DNA of 64,000 nucleotides from Andalucia godoyi And28. Taxonomy: Eukaryota > Protista > Jakobida. The notes under the pieces are model-generated. The model was not told where the DNA came from. It did not search any database and saw nothing but the letters and a program-made list of their open reading frames with translations. Made by a program: the position numbers and the translations under genes. The number at the start of each line of letters is the position of its first letter. The stretch's first letter is position 1. Location: the NCBI GenBank assembly GCA_009859145.1, contig VRVR01000008.1, positions 71,494 to 135,493 of the forward strand. The letters run 5' to 3'. Shown here in pieces: positions 52,201 through 59,166 of the stretch.

Positions 52201-52661
52201 CTCCTTTGAAACAGAGGCACAAGATCACGAAAACCTTGTCCACAGCTGTTACACGGACAATCCAAACTCATGTGAGTGGCAAAGTCGTCCGCGAGCTTGT
52301 TCTTCGAGCCATGAAATCCTCTCATAAAGCAGCGGTCACGACGATTGCAGTGTCTGCAGACCAGCAAAGACTCCTCTCTGGAGATGCGGGTGGTGTCGTG
52401 CTTTCTTGGGAACTTCCTCAAGCTGGGATTGCGGACCACTGGGTGAGGGATGCTGATGTGGAAGCCTGCGCTGCGTGCAAGACTCGATTCACGACGTTGA
52501 ATCGGCGACACCATTGTCGCAACTGTGGTCGTGTGGTGTGTGGCAACTGTTCCAATTACAAAATCGAGATTCCAGAATTGCATTTTTTGAAACCTGTGCG
52601 TGTCTGCTCAGATTGCTACGAATTCATCTCATCAAAGCGTTCTCAGGCTGTGTCGTTGTAA
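40278..52661 (+). CDS. BEACH-WD40-FYVE protein (WDFY3/ALFY/Blue cheese-like), 4127 aa, intronless
   Basis: ConA-like region, PH, BEACH ([35 protein letters not shown]...HYGSHYS...FGQTP), WD40 repeats, and a terminal FYVE (WVRD..CAAC...[17 protein letters not shown]); ATG at 40278. Confidence 0.92.
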   Translation: [4127 protein letters not shown]

Positions 52662-52708
52662 CAACTTTTTTATGCATGCATCAGCATCGTAAAGCTTTAA
52701 TCCCCTCA

Positions 52709-55700
52709 TCATTCTGCGATTGGTGATTTGACAGAAGAAACATCAAGCGCTGCACCCTTTTCAGAGACCTGTGAAGGGCGTTCCTCCTTCCTCGTATTCT
52801 TTTTCTTGCCGCTCTTGTTTTGTTTGGCGACGGCAGAAGTCTCATTCGCAGGCGGCGCTGGGGGAGCAGCAATGGCGGTAGCACCATCTGCTGGGACTGG
52901 AACACCATCTGGTAGCGGTGCTTGTCCGACAGGAAGTACACCAGGAGCGAAATGCGAACCAGCCACAAAGGGTCCACGAATCATTCCTGGATGAGGTGGC
53001 GGCGGATACATGGGGACAGGAAACATACCAGGACGAGGAACCATCATCATACCTGGAGGAAGCGGCCCGTGCGGATGCATGACCACACCCGGTGGTGGTG
53101 CCATGAAACTCACATACGGATTGTACGGCTGGGGGCTGGCGGCCGCTGCAAATGAAGAGACAAGCGGCGGAGGGGTCCAAGAGGACGCATGACCAACAGG
53201 CTCGCTTGCAACGGATGCGGAAGAGCCAAGTTCTAGGTGGCGTCGACCACGTTTCTTCACATGTTTGGTCTTCTGCGCCTCCGACACCGGAACAGATGGT
53301 GACACAGCTTCTACTCCAACTTGAATTCCGACTTGCTTCAGAAGCTCGGCTTCGGAGATTGCAGATACTGGTTCGGCTTTGGGAACATTCCTCTGCTTTG
53401 ACGAACCAGGAAGTGGCTTCGATGCCAAGTCCTTACGAGCCTCCTGATTCGGAGGCTGGAACCAAGCATTGGAGCCCTCTGACGGCACATGTGCAGGAAC
53501 AACAGGGCGCGAGGGCGCAGAAGCAGGTGCACCCGCTGCGACTTTCGCTGGACGCTTCTCCTTGGGAGGATTGCTCCGTACAAGAGAGCCAACTGCATAG
53601 CTGGTACCTGGCGCACTCTCTGCAATCTGACTGGACACAACTCCTGCATGAATGGATGATGTGTTTTTCAGATAAACCGAAGGATCCTCCAACGGAGAGA
53701 TTTCTGAGACTTGAACAGAGTGCTTCGATTCTCGACGAATCGGCCAGGAAAGGTTCAGGAGGTGAGACAAGGAAATGTTTTGCGACTGTGCATTGACTTC
53801 TGACGAGTGCTGGATGTTACGAGCAAGAAGAAATTCTTCGTCAAACACCACGTCCGCCGAAGTCTGGCGAAGTTCAACAATTGTTCCGCACAACCCGAAA
53901 GGCACAGCACCAGCATTGCGTGTCGACACGACCCGGTCGCCAAGATGGAAGGCACGTCTGAGCACAGCACCGGTTCCGTGCACGGCATGGTCCCCGGATG
54001 CATACAGCAGCACAGGGGACACGTTCCTCAATATCACTCGCTGCCAGACAGCAGACGTGGATTCCTGGAGCGCAGTGATCTTCTTCAAAACAGCAGAAAT
54101 CTCGGAATGCGACAGTCGCTCTGTGTCTGCTGGCACAAGCATCATCTTATTAGACGCGCGAAACTGCGACATCCATTTAGCTGCTTCTGCAATTTGTTGC
54201 TCGCACTCAGATGCGTACTTTGCGATGCTTTCAGGTGTCTGCTGAACACTTCCCTCAGGCTGAGACACGGCAGGGGGGTGCTGGGGAAAGATATCCCAAA
54301 TCGTCAGTTTGCCTTTCGCTAGCTTTGCGTCATCCGTCAATGCGGTGAATAGCCACGGGAATTTGGACTTGTACTCCACGAGCTTATCACGGGTTTTGTC
54401 TGAAAACTCCCAATATCCAGAAGACTGACCTGGAGAAGTCGGATCTTCAACCTCTGTCGACGTGATGATCTTCCGAGCCCATCCGGAAACACGAAGATCC
54501 TTGCGGGAAAGCTTGATTCCCAATCCAAGCTCGCGAGTGGGCTGCCCCGGAATCTGAACAACAAGTGAAGACGTGATCTGACTCAGGGCTCGAGGACCAA
54601 GACCGACATCTTGGGCAATCTTGCGGCCTTGAAGCCATCGGACAGTACCCTGCACAAACGGACTGTCTGGAACGGCCCGCTGCTTGACATGAAGTTCCAC
54701 CGAAACAGATCGGCCAGCTTCTATACCGAGCACTCGACCGACGGAGCCGTAAAACTGCTCACCAACATACACCACATCAGATCCAACTGGGAACTGTTCA
54801 AAAATCGAATCCGAAATATTTCCCAATTGTCGGACATGGCGGGGAACTGTGGTGTAATTCCAAAGACACAGCTGCAGCGGGACGATGGTGTCTGCGTCAG
54901 AAAATTGCGGAATCACCTTCCCACGAAAATCTCGCTGATACCCCTCCAGCTTGCTCACCGTCAGTAGCAAGTAAACGGGACCCAGGTCAATCGCCTTCTT
55001 GGTGCGATTCGTGCTTTCCAGAGCTCGAAGATTTCGATCAAACCAGTCCAGATCGGCTGCATCATGCCGGCGCATGTCTATGCGGCTCGCTTGTTGATTG
55101 TAGGTATACGTAAAATCCCGATCGGAAACGTACTTGATCTTTGCCTCCAGGAAAAACGGCATATCCACAAACACGTTGCGAAATGCCCCGGTATTTGGAT
55201 CAGAGAGCAAGCCAACAAGTTCCCCAGCTGATCGAGGATCTGTGGGGACTGTTGGAATGGAAAGCAAACACGACGCCTTCCTGGTTGCCGAGCCAAAAAT
55301 GTTCAATCCAATCTTTGCGAGAGAAGGCGAAATGTGGGGAAACACGGCAAACGTAGGGAAGCCCGGCGGCCCATCAACGCCGACACGACAACCAGCTGGC
55401 ACAACAGGCTTGAATTTATCTCCAGTAGGAGGAATATCTGCAATCTCCTTTCTGCAAAACGAATGCTTCAAATCTGTCAGAATATTCAAATTCGGGGAAG
55501 GGACACTCTGCTGCCCTTCCGCACACAAGGGATCATACACATAACGATATGTATGTCCAAGTTCATTCCGTTTTCTTTCTGCCTCAGTGAACGCGGCATG
55601 TGGAATTTCCCTAAATGCTTTGACAAGGCGTTCCTCATCAACGAACGGAATCATCACAATCGCCTCCCAGTCGGGCTTCCTTGGATCCCTGTCGACTTCA

Positions 55701-57472
55701 AAACGCAGAGGATAGTAATCCTTCAGCGGTGAATTGCGAGATGTCATCAATTGCTGCAACGGCTCTGGAACAAGATTCGCGGATGCAACAGGCAACACCC
55801 CCATCAACTGCAAAAAGGGTAGGAATGGCTCGGAGGGGTCAAAAGTGACACGAGACGCAATTCCAGCAAGGTCCGCATTCGAGAGATCAAACACGAAAGG
55901 AGCGTGATGATAGGGATAAAACCATCTCCACGAAGGAACACCCTCGTAGTAGTACTTCAGATTCCACATAATTCCTTCGATGTAAGACCGGATGATTGTG
56001 GACACGCCCTGTACTTCGTTGCCATCCTGAACACCAAGTTTGTTGTGATAGAACATCTGGCGCAAGTCTGAGGGATCGGCGTTCCTCTTCGGTTTGGAGC
56101 GAGAATGCACCTCTTTCCACTCAGCCTCGTCATTTCGAGGAATAACTTTCAGGGCTCCTAGATCGAACTCATCCAGTGCAGCTGCCATCAACAGGACATC
56201 ATCGTCCTCTTCGTGAGGCACAGAAGTCGACGCTGAAGTAATTGAATCCGAGGTCGCAGATCCAGTCTTCTGCAATTCTGCAAGTTCTTTGGCGTCCTCT
56301 TCCGCTCTTTGAGCTTCCAGAGCGCGAAAAGACATTGTTTCTTTGGAATTCTCCAGCCAGGACAAATCTCGAGACATGTCCTTCAAGGACTGTGTTTCAT
56401 TGTCAACACAATTCTGCAGAAACACTGACAATCGAGCAAAGTCAACATTCGCTCCCAGCGTGATGTACCCGCCCAATTCGGGTAGGACTTGGCGATAAAT
56501 ATCAAAAAGATCATTCAAAGAGCCTTCCCCAATGTTGAACGTGGGAAGAGAAGGCAAGAAATCGTTACCCATGAAAAAGCACATCAAGATGAAGTCATCA
56601 ATGACTCTGTCAAGATCAAATCCAAAGGGCAATTCTACAGTTCGGAACTCAAACTCCAAGTACTCTCTCAAAAGATTGATGTACAACAAATGGAACCGCG
56701 TCTCGTCACGGATTTCGTGACGCAGTTCTTCTTCTGTCTGTCCGCGAAGTGACTTTTGGGGCTTGTTTCCAAACTGTATCTCTTCACGAAGAAGCACGAA
56801 ATGCGGTTCATGGCTGGCGAGAGATAGCATGATCAAGTCAGCATCCAAACCGTACAAACAATGCCGCTCATCTGGAGAGTATGCCGGCGCGGATTTTCTG
56901 GCGCGGATGAAATCCATGATCTTGTGTTCACCTTCTCCCGGATACTCGTGCCCAGACAAAACGACCTCGCATCGCTGCCAATTCCTGTCTTCAGAAATTT
57001 TCTTCTTGACAAAGAATTCCAGATATTTCGTCAGCTTCGCCATGAACTCGGTACCAGGAGTGATGGAACAAGAGTCAAACAACGGTTCAACAACCTTGGC
57101 CTCTCCATCATCAGAATCTGCAAGTCCAGCGAGCTGCTGCTCCTTGTGCAATGCAAGTTCCAAGGCAGACTTGAAACGACGCTGTCTCTGCTGGTTCATC
57201 TTTGCACGAGGCGCAACACCGTCGATGGCCATGAAAAATATCTTTCGCGGTCGAACCATATCGAACAATCGATCGATGTATTGGTAAATCGCAATCATCA
57301 CACGCTCTTCAGAGAAAACAGTCGCATCATTATCACCATGCGTCGCACGATGAATGATGCCGTTCATATCCAGATAAAGATTGTCGATCTCGGGCATGGT
57401 GTCATCCCGGACCTCATTGTTGATCAGAGGATATCGCTCGGAAATCCATCGGAAAAAGCGCGGAACTCCCAT
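52709..57472 (-). CDS. XRN1: 5'-3' exoribonuclease 1
   Basis: MGVPRFFRWISERYP, DNLYLDMNGIIH, DGVAPRAKMNQQRQRRF, PGEGEHKI, YGLDADLIML; long C-terminal region typical of XRN1 rather than XRN2; ATG at 57472. Confidence 0.96.
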   Translation of the reverse strand: MGVPRFFRWISERYPLINNEVRDDTMPEIDNLYLDMNGIIHRATHGDNDATVFSEERVMIAIYQYIDRLFDMVRPRKIFFMAIDGVAPRAKMNQQRQRRFKSALELALHKEQQLAGLADSDDGEAKVVEPLFDSCSITPGTEFMAKLTKYLEFFVKKKISEDRNWQRCEVVLSGHEYPGEGEHKIMDFIRARKSAPAYSPDERHCLYGLDADLIMLSLASHEPHFVLLREEIQFGNKPQKSLRGQTEEELRHEIRDETRFHLLYINLLREYLEFEFRTVELPFGFDLDRVIDDFILMCFFMGNDFLPSLPTFNIGEGSLNDLFDIYRQVLPELGGYITLGANVDFARLSVFLQNCVDNETQSLKDMSRDLSWLENSKETMSFRALEAQRAEEDAKELAELQKTGSATSDSITSASTSVPHEEDDDVLLMAAALDEFDLGALKVIPRNDEAEWKEVHSRSKPKRNADPSDLRQMFYHNKLGVQDGNEVQGVSTIIRSYIEGIMWNLKYYYEGVPSWRWFYPYHHAPFVFDLSNADLAGIASRVTFDPSEPFLPFLQLMGVLPVASANLVPEPLQQLMTSRNSPLKDYYPLRFEVDRDPRKPDWEAIVMIPFVDEERLVKAFREIPHAAFTEAERKRNELGHTYRYVYDPLCAEGQQSVPSPNLNILTDLKHSFCRKEIADIPPTGDKFKPVVPAGCRVGVDGPPGFPTFAVFPHISPSLAKIGLNIFGSATRKASCLLSIPTVPTDPRSAGELVGLLSDPNTGAFRNVFVDMPFFLEAKIKYVSDRDFTYTYNQQASRIDMRRHDAADLDWFDRNLRALESTNRTKKAIDLGPVYLLLTVSKLEGYQRDFRGKVIPQFSDADTIVPLQLCLWNYTTVPRHVRQLGNISDSIFEQFPVGSDVVYVGEQFYGSVGRVLGIEAGRSVSVELHVKQRAVPDSPFVQGTVRWLQGRKIAQDVGLGPRALSQITSSLVVQIPGQPTRELGLGIKLSRKDLRVSGWARKIITSTEVEDPTSPGQSSGYWEFSDKTRDKLVEYKSKFPWLFTALTDDAKLAKGKLTIWDIFPQHPPAVSQPEGSVQQTPESIAKYASECEQQIAEAAKWMSQFRASNKMMLVPADTERLSHSEISAVLKKITALQESTSAVWQRVILRNVSPVLLYASGDHAVHGTGAVLRRAFHLGDRVVSTRNAGAVPFGLCGTIVELRQTSADVVFDEEFLLARNIQHSSEVNAQSQNISLSHLLNLSWPIRRESKHSVQVSEISPLEDPSVYLKNTSSIHAGVVSSQIAESAPGTSYAVGSLVRSNPPKEKRPAKVAAGAPASAPSRPVVPAHVPSEGSNAWFQPPNQEARKDLASKPLPGSSKQRNVPKAEPVSAISEAELLKQVGIQVGVEAVSPSVPVSEAQKTKHVKKRGRRHLELGSSASVASEPVGHASSWTPPPLVSSFAAAASPQPYNPYVSFMAPPPGVVMHPHGPLPPGMMMVPRPGMFPVPMYPPPPHPGMIRGPFVAGSHFAPGVLPVGQAPLPDGVPVPADGATAIAAPPAPPANETSAVAKQNKSGKKKNTRKEERPSQVSEKGAALDVSSVKSPIAE

Positions 57473-58126
57473 TACGACACGACAACTCTGGAAATAACAA
57501 TAACAGTAACAGTAACAATAAAAACGAGACTTGGAGGGGGGGGGGGGGGGGGGGTAGGGAGGGAGAGGGAGAGAAGAAAAAAAGGGAGAGTGAAGCAGCA
57601 AGAAGAAACCGAAGAAATTGAACAACAACTTTTCTTGCTTCAAAATATTATAATTATAATAATAATATAATAATAATAATAATTTTAAAAAAACTAAATA
57701 CAAATACAAAAATGAAAACGAAAACGAAAACGAAAACGAGAAGGGAAAAGAAAGACAACACCGAAAAGAAAGGAAGAAAGTGTGCACTGAGCAGACTTTG
57801 CTGAGTGGGTCAAAAAACGAAGCCGAAATGGTCATTTGGAGAAGACGAACCTTGTTGAAAATGCTGCACTTTCAAAAGTCCACAGTTTTCAACAAGAAAA
57901 TCATGACAAAAAAATTGTCAGTACAGTGTCATCGCCCGGATCGCCTTGTCTGTTCTCTCATCAAGAAACCTTTCTGGACAGTTGTTGGTCGACCGATGGC
58001 GACGAGACGGGAGGTTTCTTTCTCCGCACGAAGCAACACCACGAGACGCCACGAGGCGAGGCGGGGAGGGGAAACCGTTTGGTGGAGAGCAGTGAAAAGA
58101 AGAGAGCCATACCTTGCTGTTCTTGC

Positions 58127-59062
58127 ATGATGTCGGTCCACATTGCTGTGACGCTGGTTGCAGCACCTTCTCGTGAAAGTGTTTCTGAAACGTCGGTCAT
58201 GGATGTAAGAAGGTTCCTGCAGGAGCGGTGCGCTGGCTGTGCGTATGTTTCACACACTTGGTTGAATTTTCCTTTTGCCGTCGACATTATTTTTCAAGCT
58301 CCATCTGCGGATTTCACCAAAATGATTGAGGTCCTCGTGACAGAATGGATTCGCGAACGCTCGATCGACTATTTTGTCCAGCTCAACGAGTTTCGCAAGA
58401 AGAAGCTTCTTGTTGCGGACATGGACTCCACTATTGTGGAAGGAGAGACTCTGGATGAACTTGCCAAGGAATACGGCATAGGTGATCAGATTGCAGCGAT
58501 CACTGCAAAAACGATGAACGGTGAGCTGGACTTTGCTGACTCGCTGCGGCATCGCGTTTCTCTTTTGAGGGGTTTGCCAGTCTGTGTTTTGCGCCAAGTG
58601 TACGACCGAATGAAGCTGTCTGCGGGAGCACAAGAACTTGTGCAGACTATGCGACAGAACAGTGCTTATTGCATTCTGGTCTCTGGAGGATTCAAGTACT
58701 TCACCACTCGAATTCGGGATGTCGTTGGATTCCATGCGGAGCGATCCAATGAATGGACTGTCGAGCTCCATGAAAACGCGGAAGTATTGGGTGGGCAAGT
58801 TGTCGATCCCATTGTGGACAAGAAAACAAAGGCTGACGTTCTCTGCTCCCTTCGCGCACAACACAACATTCTTGCTGTTGAAACGTTAGCGATTGGGGAT
58901 GGTGCGAACGACTTGCCTATGCTCCTCGAAGCGGGTCTCGGAATTGCATATCACGCCAAGCCCGTTGTCTCGGCAAGCGCAGAGTTTCGAATCAAGTTCA
59001 ACGATTTGACCGCCTGTCTCTATGCTCAAGGATATCGCATTGAAGATTTTGCTGGTGCACCG

Positions 59063-59110
<48 letters not shown>

Positions 59111-59116
59111 CACTGA
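58127..59116 (+). CDS. serB: Phosphoserine phosphatase, bacterial SerB type (HAD family)
   Basis: KLLVADMDSTIV..ETLDELA, ITAKTMNGELDFADSLRHRVSLLRG, LVSGGF, GDGANDLPML..AGLGIAYHAKP; likely ATG at 58127 or 58130. Confidence 0.92.
59063..59110 (+). repeat. (TCA)16 trinucleotide repeat encoding the SerB poly-Ser tail
   Basis: Read directly; in frame just before the stop codon. Confidence 0.9.
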
Positions 59117-59166
59117 TCTCGCCCAAATTTATCCGCAGTCTCCTTTGGCTTGGTTTTACATTTCAT

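Noticed and set aside
13699-57555. Long poly-C (about 13700) and poly-G (about 57536-57555) runs as G-quadruplex regulators
   Set aside because: Simple homopolymers whose length is error-prone in assemblies; no supporting context.
14675-59116. HAL, PEMT and SerB as a one-carbon or amino-acid cluster controlled by the TF array
   Set aside because: The genes are far apart and interleaved with unrelated housekeeping genes; no shared motif seen.
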